This document shows positions 40,764 to 50,958 of a stretch of DNA of 64,000 bases, one piece after another; positions within the stretch are counted from its first letter, which is position 1, and every line of letters starts with the position of its first letter. Below the pieces are notes generated by a model. The model saw only the letters and a list, made by a program, of their open reading frames with translations, was not told the origin of the DNA and did no database searches. This DNA comes from Candidatus Babeliales bacterium (GTDB taxonomy: Bacteria > Babelota > Babeliae > Babelales > JANWKD01): contig CAVRJO010000001.1 in NCBI GenBank assembly GCA_963722255.1, forward strand, positions 416,001 to 480,000. The letters run 5' to 3'. The translations under genes were made by a program, and so were the position numbers.

Positions 40764-41978
40764 CTATTGTATTGAATACTTTGGATTAAGCCATATTTTT
40801 TTTATCGGGTTTTTAGCATCGGTGATTCTTGTTTTTTCAAATGCCAATGATAAGCCAATCTTTTTTAGTTGCTTATTTATAGACTTTCGCGTTTCATGCA
40901 GCTCATTCTCTTCTTGAATGCATAAATCTTCTGCAATAGGTAATCCAGCCACCTTCGACCATAAAATTTTATATGATATTGGTTCAGATGGGTTTTTAAT
41001 AAATGCTCGAACAAATCGTCCTGTACGATACTTTGTGTTAAAAGACATTTCGTCGATTCCGTATCGTACTATTACCGTTGTGCCTCGAGAAATAAATGAT
41101 AGGCATTGTTTTGTTGTTGATACAACAATCTTATTGTCATTGATCTCATTCTGTAAGAGCTTGCTGCTGCGAAAATTAAAGAAGATGTGATATCGATTGA
41201 CACCCTTGATTTAAGAAATTCCCATACACGATGCATATGAACCCTGACATTCTTCTATATCAAAAAATTTTTCATCAGATTGCGATTCTTCCATAGCTTT
41301 ATCAAAATTTTCAGCATCTAAGCTTAGATAATAAGCCGCTGAATGATGATTACTTTGCAAGAAGCCCTGTATTTTATTCGGCCTACTCTTAAGTTCGTAA
41401 AATAAATAGAACCGAATAAGATAAGCAAAGCTATTATAAAGACTTGATTTTCTATCGCGATCAAAATTTATTATTTCTTGATGCATTCTTGAAAAACTTG
41501 GCGAAAATATATACTCAATAATATTATTGCCTTTAGTAAGCCTAATTAAATTCTTTAGAATTTGGGTATGTTTTGTTGGGTGATCATGTTTGATTAAGTT
41601 ACACATTTGACGAATAATTTCGTACATATCATATATCTGTTCCGCACTGTTGGCTGGGCATCGATTTTTAATTTTGTGAATTTCTTCAATACCTATAGAT
41701 AATATAGGAATAACAGCTTGATATCCCTCGATTAAAGCTATAGCTATTTCAATCTCACTCAAAGCTTTAACTTTAATCTCGACAAGTGGGATTAATGCTT
41801 CTCTGCCCATATTTGCTACAACGTGACGATCATTCTCTAGTATTGGACTTGTGGCAAGCTCTTTGGCAAATTCACTAGCTGCGGGCATATAGTTTTTTGG
41901 GCTTAATGCTATAAGGCTACGATCATATGCACCTTGCATATGATCATGAAGTTTTTTTGATTCTATGTTGTTCATCAA
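40764..41978 (-). pseudogene. ~404-codon gene interrupted by one in-frame TAA (41211-13); C-terminal part may be a winged-helix domain
   Basis: ORFs 41211-41978 and 40764-41048 are in frame and the 54 codons between them contain no stop. Confidence 0.7.
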
Positions 41979-42128
41979 TACACCTTCTTGAATAATTTAA
42001 TAAATATCAAATTATTTTATCACAACTTTTGATACCACTACCAACAATTTATATCACCGGTATTAGTTTCTTTATTGCAAAGATTATGCTTTCACTAATC
42101 GAGAAGTTGCGGAAGTACTCCGAAGGGC

Positions 42129-42410
42129 ACACCAGCCTACGCCAAGGCTACGGCTGGCACGCCAATTTTTTTAAGGAATGGCAAATAGATTTTAATATGG
42201 CGTAGGCTGTCCGCCGAAATAAGCGAGCATTAGCGAGACACGAAGGCTGGACTGGCGAGGTCAATAATTTGGTGAATCCTTTTTTGTGCTACGCTTTACA
42301 AGCTTACGGCTGGCGCGGCCAGTTTTTTAAACGAAATGATATTAATAGAAAATTGATAGCGTTTGCTGTCCGCCGGAGCCTTGGCGCAGGAGGACTGGCA
42401 GGTCAGTTAT
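42129..42410. repeat. Cluster of GC-rich REP-like units in inverted pairs upstream of GIY-YIG gene 1
   Basis: CCTACGCCAAGGCTACGGCTGGCA and inverted TGTCCGCCGGAGCCTTGGCGCAGG; two pairs. Confidence 0.85.
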
Positions 42411-42424
42411 TTAGGGACTTTACA

Positions 42425-42667
42425 GTGCATTATGTATACATAATTCAATCTTTAAATCTTCAAGATCAAATATATGTTGGCTGTACCGAAGATTTAAAAA
42501 AACGTCTTTCAAATCACAATACAGGCACTACACCCCATACAGCAAAATATTTACCTTGGAAATTAATTTTTTATGCAGGCTTTGAAAATAAGTTTAAAGC
42601 GTATGAATTTGAGAAATTTTTAAAATCTGGTTCTGGTAGAGAATTTAGAAATAAGAGATTGTTATGA
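42425..42667 (+). CDS. Stand-alone GIY-YIG nuclease, 80 aa
   Basis: GTG start; HYVYII, YVGCT, R...HN, W.L...A..FE..LK. Confidence 0.9.
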   Translation: MHYVYIIQSLNLQDQIYVGCTEDLKKRLSNHNTGTTPHTAKYLPWKLIFYAGFENKFKAYEFEKFLKSGSGREFRNKRLL

Positions 42668-43140
42668 ATATAAAAAATATTAAGCTCTTTGAGCCCTTAT
42701 GTAAATTTCTTCTTTCTATTTTGTTTATTAAATTTACAATTAGCATCATGCATAACTCTACTTTTGAAATTTCTTGGCAAAGCTTTCTTTTTATTGTACT
42801 TATTTTTGTAAGCATCAATATGCCCAGAATTATTAGGCTATTCATTGGAGCTGAAGGATTGGAAATTGAATTGGATAAAATTGAAACAACAAAAAAAGAG
42901 ATTATTGAAATTCAAAAAGATATCAAAAATACATATAAACAAATGTTGCATTTGTTTGTTGCTTTCATAGAAAGCACAAAACGGCAAACCTGGAGCGGAC
43001 CGCCTAATTATGATGAATTAATTTCAATGATTAATGCAAATTGCAAGAATCAAGGCTTTACTAAAACTGACACAGATTATGTTTTTGCGCATAAAACTTT
43101 ATGGGAAGAAAAAGACAAAAAAACAAATAAAAGAAATTAA
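42664..43140 (+). CDS. Hypothetical two-TM plus coiled-coil protein
   Basis: ATGA overlap with the GIY-YIG stop. Confidence 0.65.
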   Translation: MNIKNIKLFEPLCKFLLSILFIKFTISIMHNSTFEISWQSFLFIVLIFVSINMPRIIRLFIGAEGLEIELDKIETTKKEIIEIQKDIKNTYKQMLHLFVAFIESTKRQTWSGPPNYDELISMINANCKNQGFTKTDTDYVFAHKTLWEEKDKKTNKRN

Positions 43141-43525
43141 ACTCTAATTGGATGAACTTTTTTATCAAAAATAATCTTTTGAAAAATATCTTACTTTCTT
43201 TTCTTAATGTTTATGGTTATTGAAAACCATCCTTGGATTCGGAACAAATAAAATTGGTTAAGCTGTGTAACAGCTCTCTTGCTCATCAGCATATGTTTCA
43301 GCGGAAATAGGATTGCATGAAGCAAACCAATTTAGTGGGGTACGATGCAGAATCTGAGTTCTGTTGAGCAAGGACATGAGCGTTCCTTTGAAGAAGAGAG
43401 TACTTTGATTACTACAGGAAGAAGTATATGCGATTTGGAAATAAATACAATGAATACTGAGCAAAACCGTTAATACTGGATACCACTAAGTGACACTTTT
43501 CTTTTTTTACTTTAAAGACTTCAAA

Positions 43526-44302
43526 CTAAGATTTTTTTAGGTGATCTTTAATAGCATTAGCGATATCAATATATTTATTACTATCATAGCGGGAACAACC
43601 GGCAGCTTTTTTTTCAGCATCGTCAAGCGCTCTTTTGCATATATCAATTGTAGAATAAGGAAGAAGAGCTTTAACAATATCAGTACGGCCATATTCTGCA
43701 GCATACATGAGTGCTGTTTGTCCATTATGATCTTTAGCATTAAGATCAGCTCCAGCAGCTATAAGAGCTTTAACAATATCAGTACGGCCATATTCTGCAG
43801 CTATTATGAGTGCAGTAGAATAATCATTACTTTTAGCATTAAGATCAGCTCCAGCAGCTATAAGAGCTTTAATGATATCAGTATGGCCGTTTTTTGCAGC
43901 TACTATGAGTGCTGTTTTTCCGTACCCATTATCTTTAGCATTAAGATCAGCTCCAGCAGCTATAAGAGCTTTAATGATATCAGTATGGCCTTTTGCTGCA
44001 GCATGTATGAGTGCTGTCCAATTATAATTATTTTTAGCATTAACATCAGCTCCAGCAGCTATAAGAGCTTTAACAATATCAGTACGGCCATATTGTGCAG
44101 CAAACATGAGTGCTGTGTACCCATCATCTTTAGTATTAACATCAGCTCCAGCAGCTATAAGAGTTTTAACAGCTTCGGTATTGCCATTTATCGCGGCATC
44201 AAAGAGTTGATCGCCAAGATCTCTTTGCGTTAAAGCGGATGCAGTAGAAGCAGCAAAAAGCGCAAGAGTTAGCATTAGTAGAGCATTTTTTAACAATTTC
44301 AT
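43526..44302 (-). CDS. Exported consensus-like ankyrin-repeat protein (about 6 repeats)
   Basis: Signal peptide ASA|LT; TAL..AA..G.TDI.KALIAAGAD.NAK units of ~99 nt. Confidence 0.95.
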   Translation of the reverse strand: MKLLKNALLMLTLALFAASTASALTQRDLGDQLFDAAINGNTEAVKTLIAAGADVNTKDDGYTALMFAAQYGRTDIVKALIAAGADVNAKNNYNWTALIHAAAKGHTDIIKALIAAGADLNAKDNGYGKTALIVAAKNGHTDIIKALIAAGADLNAKSNDYSTALIIAAEYGRTDIVKALIAAGADLNAKDHNGQTALMYAAEYGRTDIVKALLPYSTIDICKRALDDAEKKAAGCSRYDSNKYIDIANAIKDHLKKS

Positions 44303-44620
44303 AATAAAAATCCAATAAATAACGTGTTTGAAAAGTGCTATCCGAAATTAAAATGAGCAGTCAAATAGCTCCAAAATTATTAAATTAGAATAGCGGTGAC
44401 CAAAATAGAAACCCCAGTGAAAAAATTCTGCCTTATTATTTTTGGAAAGTCAAACCCGGGAATGCACCAATCACTTGCAAAGTGTTCGATTCTATAAAAT
44501 TGATGAATAATAATTCTAGTAAATTTTTAGCTCAATATTTAACTCTCGAAACACCGTCTGGACATGCTGTAACGTAAAATCTATAATTATAGTATTGTTT
44601 CTGAATGCATCCACTATGTG

Positions 44621-44757
44621 ACACCAGCCTACGCCAAGGCTCCGGCTGGCACGCCAATTTTTTTAAGGAATGGCAAATAGATTTTGTAGCGTAGGCTGTC
44701 CGCCGTAGCTTGCCAAGCCGGAAGGCGTGGATAAGCGAAGGCTGGACTGGCAGGCCA
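44621..44757. repeat. Second REP-like cluster upstream of GIY-YIG gene 2
   Basis: 44621-44685 matches 42129-42193 at 64/65 nt; a further degenerate unit lies at ~45040-45070. Confidence 0.9.
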
Positions 44758-44792
44758 TTCTCTAATAAGTTTTTATCCTTTTGGTATATCAA

Positions 44793-45035
44793 ATGCATTA
44801 TGTATATATTATTCAATCAATTAATCACTCTAATGAGACATATGTTGGTTGCACTGAAAATTTAAAAAAACGTCTTTCTAATCACAATGCGGGTACAACT
44901 GCTCATACTGCCAAATACTTACCTTGGAAACTGATTTTTTATGCTGCTTTTGAAGATAAAATTAAAGCGTATGAGTTTGAAGAATTTTTAAAATCAGGAT
45001 CGGGTAGGGAATTTAGAAATAAAAAATTAATATGA
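44793..45035 (+). CDS. Stand-alone GIY-YIG nuclease, 80 aa, paralogue of 42425-42667
   Basis: MHYVYIIQS...YVGCTENLKKRLSNHN. Confidence 0.9.
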   Translation: MHYVYIIQSINHSNETYVGCTENLKKRLSNHNAGTTAHTAKYLPWKLIFYAAFEDKIKAYEFEEFLKSGSGREFRNKKLI

Positions 45036-45137
45036 ATTTCACTAAAGCTTCAGCTGGCAAGCCAGTTTTTTAATGAAGGTGAGTAAAGTTAAACCAAAAT
45101 CTTTTATAGCAAAAGCTATTAGTCGAAAGCCTCTGAC

Positions 45138-45854
45138 ATGAAAATTATTTTCGCACGGTACAATAAATTATTAGTTTTAATTGTGATTCAATTTGGTTTT
45201 GCAAACTATCTCAATGCAGTAGAACATCCCTTTAATGACCCAGAAGCTCAAATTCAAGCTTACGATTTATTCAAAAACTTTGGTATAATGGATACCCCAT
45301 TCATTATACCAAAGAATCTTTCAAATGTAGCTCTAAACAGATTTGAAGTAGATAAGACAGGTATGCACATCTCCATTATTGTTGACCGTAAATCTTGGAA
45401 AATGCTCAATGAAATGGAGCGTGAATTTGTATTATGTCATGAGATCAGCCATATTAAGAGGAAACATTATATAGTAGCGTTGCTTTCTTACTTATTAAGA
45501 AATATAGCAGTCACTTTAGTTCCTCTTGTGACGATTCATCATCTTGATAAGCACAATTATAAAGCATTATCTAATTTGACGACCAAAATATCTATTTCTA
45601 TTTTAATTACAGCAATAATAAAATTTTGCTCTTTAGTTTTAGATGCTAAAATAGCTCGTGAATTAGAATATCAAGCGGATAAAGATGCACTATTTATGAC
45701 CAAAAATTTACAAACTGGAATAGAAGCCCTTAAAAAAAGAAACCTTATAAAGAGCGATGAAGTAGATTTTTGGGGATCTCTTTTTACAGATCACCCTAGT
45801 ACTGATGAGAGAATTAAAAAGCTTAATCAACTTGCGTCAAAGCTAAAGCTTTGA
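45138..45854 (+). CDS. M48-family zinc metallopeptidase
   Basis: HEISH, EYQAD, HPSTDERI. Confidence 0.85.
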   Translation: MKIIFARYNKLLVLIVIQFGFANYLNAVEHPFNDPEAQIQAYDLFKNFGIMDTPFIIPKNLSNVALNRFEVDKTGMHISIIVDRKSWKMLNEMEREFVLCHEISHIKRKHYIVALLSYLLRNIAVTLVPLVTIHHLDKHNYKALSNLTTKISISILITAIIKFCSLVLDAKIARELEYQADKDALFMTKNLQTGIEALKKRNLIKSDEVDFWGSLFTDHPSTDERIKKLNQLASKLKL

Positions 45855-45995
45855 ATAATATCAAAATCTTTGCTTTTGCAATAGGCGCATAACTTGGGCT
45901 GGCAATGACAAGCCCGCTTCTTTTTGTTCTTCTGTGCTAACACGAGCAATGACGATGGCTTTCATGATTAAAAAGCAATTTTAGGAGTATTTTCG

Positions 45996-46811
45996 ATGAG
46001 CACAAAATTCCAAATATTTATAATTTCTTTATTGCTTTGGGGAGCATTAAAAACTGAAATTCAACCTGAAGCATATCACGAAAGCAATGTTAGACAATTG
46101 AAATTTGCAAAACAAGAACTTAATAAATTAAATTTTTCAGACAAAGAAAAGATTTTAGATATTGGATCTGGTGATGGTCAAATATCATGCTATATAGCAA
46201 AAGAGTTTATTCCAAACGGACAACTTGTTGGTATTGATACTAGTGCAGAAATGATTACCTTTGCTTCTTCACACAAAACAAGTCCCAATGTTTCTTATAT
46301 TTGCGTAAATGCTTTGGATTATAGAGCTCCCGAAGAATACAATGTCATTGTTTCATTTTCTACCTTGCATTGGATTGAGCCCTATTCAAAAGTTTTGGAA
46401 AATATCGCTCAATCATTAAAGCCTGGGGGCTATGCCCTTCTTTGTCATGGCATTGAAACTCCACCTTTTCCACCAATAATACATAAATTACTTACTACGC
46501 AAAAATGGCAAGCATATCAAAATAATGCCGAAGTTCTTAAATATCCATCTTTAATTAATGTTGCTTCTGCTATTGAAAAATCAGGGCTATCTATTGAAAA
46601 CTTAGAAGTAAAAAAATATGATAAATGGATATCGCCTGATCTTCTGATCAAAAATTGGCTTTCATTGCCTCTTTTTGATTTTATTCCGGTCAATTTGCGT
46701 GAAGAATTTTGCAAAGAGATTTTGAAAGAATATATAAAACAAAATCCGCTTAATGATAAAAATGAATTGCTTCATTGGAGTCCAGTTGTCGTGATGGTTC
46801 TTAAAAAGTAA
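45996..46811 (+). CDS. Class I SAM-dependent methyltransferase with a signal-like N-terminus
   Basis: ILDIGSGDG, GIDTS.EM, LHWI, LKPGG. Confidence 0.9.
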   Translation: MSTKFQIFIISLLLWGALKTEIQPEAYHESNVRQLKFAKQELNKLNFSDKEKILDIGSGDGQISCYIAKEFIPNGQLVGIDTSAEMITFASSHKTSPNVSYICVNALDYRAPEEYNVIVSFSTLHWIEPYSKVLENIAQSLKPGGYALLCHGIETPPFPPIIHKLLTTQKWQAYQNNAEVLKYPSLINVASAIEKSGLSIENLEVKKYDKWISPDLLIKNWLSLPLFDFIPVNLREEFCKEILKEYIKQNPLNDKNELLHWSPVVVMVLKK

Positions 46812-46984
46812 TTCAGAATAATTTATATTTAGGAACATTGGAAATAATTGCACGAAGCATTTTTAACTATTTTTTATCAGAAACTTGATTTGAAAAATTG
46901 TCATAGTTATATTGTTGTACGGTTGAAATATTTTTTAACTATTGAGAAAATACTTATTCATTTAAAAGCCAAAAAAGGAACATT

Positions 46985-47614
46985 GTGATACAGCTTGTAT
47001 GTTTTTTACTTTTGCTATCAGTTTATTCTTTAAGCTTTTTTCCTGCACTACCAATGGAGGAAAGTCGTGAAATATTATATTCTCCAGCATATAGTGCAAA
47101 TGCAAACCATGGTCATATAGAAGAAATGGCTTATATTATAGAAAGGCATCTAGAATCGGGTGGCTATTTAGATAGCAAAGAAGATCTCGCTCAACAACTC
47201 GACACTATCAAAAGAAATGAGCATTTTAAAACAGCTGTTGAGTGGTTTGCGCGATATTACATTAGAGTTCGTCAGGATGCTGCTTGCTATGATGATCCAA
47301 AAGCAGTGGCTGATAGGGTGGAAGATTATTTAGAAAAGCAACCATTTGCTCAAGCAATAAGCAGCAATATATCAAAACAAGAACTTAATAAAATATATCT
47401 TGAACAACTACCATGGGTTGAGCAAATAACAGAGGACCCTTTCTTTCCTGCTCCTGTCATTGGTTTTTATCTCACAGATCCATACGATCTACATCCAGAT
47501 GATAAATCTATAATTCTACGCAACTATCCAATTCCACAACACCCGAGTCAAGAAAAAAGACAAAATGCACTTCTAGAATTCAAACAATGGCTAACTTGGG
47601 TAACTCAAGAATAA
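46985..47614 (+). CDS. Hypothetical exported protein (signal peptide then P|MEE)
   Basis: 209-aa ORF with AAGGA RBS. Confidence 0.7.
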   Translation: MIQLVCFLLLLSVYSLSFFPALPMEESREILYSPAYSANANHGHIEEMAYIIERHLESGGYLDSKEDLAQQLDTIKRNEHFKTAVEWFARYYIRVRQDAACYDDPKAVADRVEDYLEKQPFAQAISSNISKQELNKIYLEQLPWVEQITEDPFFPAPVIGFYLTDPYDLHPDDKSIILRNYPIPQHPSQEKRQNALLEFKQWLTWVTQE

Positions 47615-47788
47615 TTCTTTATAGCACTTTTATATAAGTAAAGAACTTGCTCAACTTATCAATGGAACTACATTTAGTCGTTGGAAAAAATTTTAAATTG
47701 ATAGATTTACACTATAATTGATATGGTAGTAAAATTTTGATACATTTTAAAGAAATTAAGAAATATACTTTTAAAAAGGATTAGATAT

Positions 47789-48094
47789 ATGAAAATAAAA
47801 TTGTTCAAAGTATGTACCATGTTAATTAGCAGCTTGATAACGAGCTCAATGATTAATGCAATGGATTTAAAAGAAGTAAGCTGTGAAAGATGGGTTAACG
47901 TACTTAAAAATAATGGCATACTAAGCCCTAAAGCAGAACAATGTGCTGCATTATTACCAATTTTTTTACAAAAAAACCCAAAAAGTGATGCCGAGCTTTC
48001 AACACTTCGCACAAAGCCTCCTGTTATGCAGTCTTTTATATTGCAAGATCTTTGTACAAAGCTAATGGAAGCATCACAAAAAGGTGAATTATAA
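47789..48094 (+). CDS. Small exported hypothetical protein (signal peptide then A|MDL)
   Basis: AAGGA RBS, signal peptide. Confidence 0.7.
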   Translation: MKIKLFKVCTMLISSLITSSMINAMDLKEVSCERWVNVLKNNGILSPKAEQCAALLPIFLQKNPKSDAELSTLRTKPPVMQSFILQDLCTKLMEASQKGEL

Positions 48095-48216
48095 TCATAG
48101 CAAGAGCATCTTTTGACAAAAATACTATTTATCTTTGGGTAAAAAAACTCCACCGCTGTCTGCAATGTTGTTTTTTAAGGTATAACCCCACTCATTTAGG
48201 CACAAATATTTATATT

Positions 48217-48885
48217 TCATTTTTTTAAGAAAATGTTCATATCAGAGTACCACCAATGAACACCAGCAAAAAAGCAAAAAAGACCCAAAATAGGAATAAT
48301 AACGGGAATTTGATTATCTATTGAAGGCTTAACTTCTTCATATTCAATAGGGTTTTCAGAGGCAATAATCTTTTCTAATTCGAACAATAACTCATCTTTA
48401 GATTTTCTACCCTTAATTTTACCCCACACTTTTCCGTTTTTAAAAACAAGAAAGCTAGGAACTGCTTCAACATTATACTCTTTCATTATTCCAGGATGAT
48501 CACTGCCATCAATAGCAGCAAATACATAACCGTCTTTTTGTTTTGCAAGTTCTTCAAAAATCGGCTTCATATATTTACATGGTGTACACCACGTAGCATA
48601 AAAATCAACAACAACCGGTTTTGATTCATTACGCACTAATTCAAAAAAGCTTGTTTCAGTATGGAGCTCAATAACTTGAGCACGATTGGCCTCAGATTTT
48701 ATTTGTTTGTCATGCTGTGCATTCTTAGGTTTATAAGCACAAACACCATCTTTGCACTTCATTTCATTTTCTGCATGAACAGTTATTTTCGTTTGATCTT
48801 TTTCTTCTGTTTCCATGGCTTTTACACCAATGCTTACTGTTGCTCCTAATAATAAGAGCATACATAGGTTAAGTTTAGTTTTCAT
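48217..48885 (-). CDS. Exported thioredoxin-domain protein with C-terminal TM (signal peptide then A|MET)
   Basis: VDFYATWCTPCK; GGAGG RBS before ATG 48885. Confidence 0.85.
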   Translation of the reverse strand: MKTKLNLCMLLLLGATVSIGVKAMETEEKDQTKITVHAENEMKCKDGVCAYKPKNAQHDKQIKSEANRAQVIELHTETSFFELVRNESKPVVVDFYATWCTPCKYMKPIFEELAKQKDGYVFAAIDGSDHPGIMKEYNVEAVPSFLVFKNGKVWGKIKGRKSKDELLFELEKIIASENPIEYEEVKPSIDNQIPVIIPILGLFCFFAGVHWWYSDMNIFLKK

Positions 48886-50958
48886 TGAGACCTCCAAAGG
48901 ATAATTTTACTATTAAAGAATGCTATATCCTCATAGAGTAGCATAAATCTCAAATTTGTCAATTCAGCTATTAATATAATTTATAATTCATAAAGTATAT
49001 TTTATTCTAATTGGATTTAACAAAAAGGGCTAGGAGGTTATACTGCATTAGCTTTAATTGTAAAAAAAAATCAGGTTCAAAGTATGTTATCATGAGCCAT
49101 TATCCTCCTACTAATAATTCAGATCAAGTAAATAGACTGAAAAATGCATTAAACAAGCTGCAAAATCATCCAAATGATCAAATCTCAGATAACTATCTTA
49201 TTGTAGTAGTTCCTAGCGAATGGTCACTAGAACTGACGCAGCCAATCCTTTAAAAAACTTATCCGTCGAAATTTTTAGGAAAACTAAATTTCTCTTGTAA
49301 CTTTTTATTTTCTACCTATTAGAAAAATAAGATATTTACTTTTAAATAGTATATTTGTTAAAATTTTAATATGCAATTATGCAATAAATTAATAAATAGT
49401 GATTTATAAGGTAAATTAGATGAAAAATTTTATTTTTTATGGCATTTTTGCCCTATTGTTTATGTCAGGAGAAGTTCATGCAATGGAGGAAAGAAAAAGA
49501 AAAGAGCCTGAAAAAGAGGAACCAGCGCAAACACGTCCAGAACTACAACAACCTCCCATTAAACGTCGAAGAATAATTTCAAAACCTACAAAAGTTAAAA
49601 CTTTAAAAGAAATTTCAAAACAAAAGTTTATTGAAGTAGCACCTGAAGTTGAAAATTTATCTGAACTTTTGGCATCAATTCCCGCTGAAGAATTACGACA
49701 ACAGATAAAAGCTGAATTTCAAAAAAGATTACCCTTTGAAGAAACCAGACTTCATAATGCAAGATCTGAACAAGAAATTGAAAATCTTTTAATACTCGGT
49801 GTTAATCCAAATTTGCAAGATAGAAGTGCCAAAACTGCTTTAAATGCTCTTATTGATAAAGGTCACCTTGATGCAGCATTTCATTTAGTTTCAATTGCTC
49901 ATGAGGCAATTCCTTACCAAAATATTCCTTTAGAAAAATTAGAAAAAGACGAAAGTATAAAACCGATAATTAAAGCACTTTTAATTGCAACACAAGGAAA
50001 TGGTCTTGATGTAAGCACTCCTGATGTTTATAAAGTTACTCCTTTACAAAGAGCTATTCAACATGAAGATTTAGAATTAGCAGTTGAAATTATTGAAATT
50101 CTTAAGCAACAACAAAAGATAGATTCAATTTATGATGTAAACCTAGCAGATATGACAGCATTAACATTAGCTATTCTTTATTTGCCTCAGCTTATTACCA
50201 CCTTCAAAGAATTAGGTATAGACTTAACGATAAAAGATGAAGCTGGAAATCCTTCACTACTTTTCCTTGCAGTAAAAAATGATAAAGCAGATGCAATAAA
50301 ATATTTAATTAATGCAGGAATAGATATCAATGAAAAAAACAATGATGGCATCAGCGCTTTAATGGGTGCAGCATCTAATAATTCACCATTAATTAAATTG
50401 CTCCTTGAAAATGGGGCCGATCCTAATGCAATGAATAATAATGGCGGAACTGTTTTAATGTTTGCAAGATTGCATCCAGAAGTAATAAAACTACTTTTGG
50501 ATGCAGGTGCTCAAATTAATAAACAAGATATATTTGGTAACACTACACTTATACATGCAATAGTAGATAATATAGAATCAGCAAAACTACTCATTAATGC
50601 CGGAGCAAATATTGCTTTGGAAGATCAGGAAGGTAAAACTGCCTTATTCATAGCAGCGACCGAAAATCCTAGCGCAATAGAACCTTTAATTAAAGCTGGT
50701 GCAGATCCTAATAAACCTAATAGTAAGGGAAAGCTTCCCTTATTTACTGCTGCAAAGAGAGGTGCATTAGAAGGTGTTAAAAAACTTTTGGAATTTGGTG
50801 CCAATCCCAATAAAAAAAGTAGAACAAGTTCTATGCAATTTAAAACTCCTTTAGAAATTGCTATAATATAATGAACCCCAGAAACTTGACACGATAAAAT
50901 TAAAAATGTGTTAGTTTTTAATGAACATGAAAGTGAACATTATTATCGGGGAATTTTT

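Larger units (their letters stand above)
32619..42134. mobile_element. ~9.5-kb integrative element (satellite/PICI-like, no structural genes) inserted at the tRNA-Arg 3' end
   Basis: 10-bp direct repeat GGGCACACCA at 32619-28 and 42125-34; recombinase, primase and helicase inside. Confidence 0.85.

Noticed and set aside
32619..42134. Element as a complete prophage or conjugative element
   Set aside because: No capsid, terminase, tail, lysis, relaxase or type IV secretion genes between the att repeats
42269..42424. N-terminal extension of GIY-YIG gene 1 and the 94-aa ORF 44532-44816
   Set aside because: These are translations of the REP-like DNA; the paralogue fixes the start at GTG 42425
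43541..44233. 230-aa repetitive ORF on the plus strand
   Set aside because: Antisense shadow of the ankyrin repeats
43526..44302. Diversity-generating retroelement acting on the ankyrin repeats
   Set aside because: No reverse transcriptase or separate template repeat in the window
44449..44469. GTCAAACCCGGGAATGCACCA as another tRNA-like att site
   Set aside because: Only CACCA matches the tRNA-Arg end, which is compatible with chance
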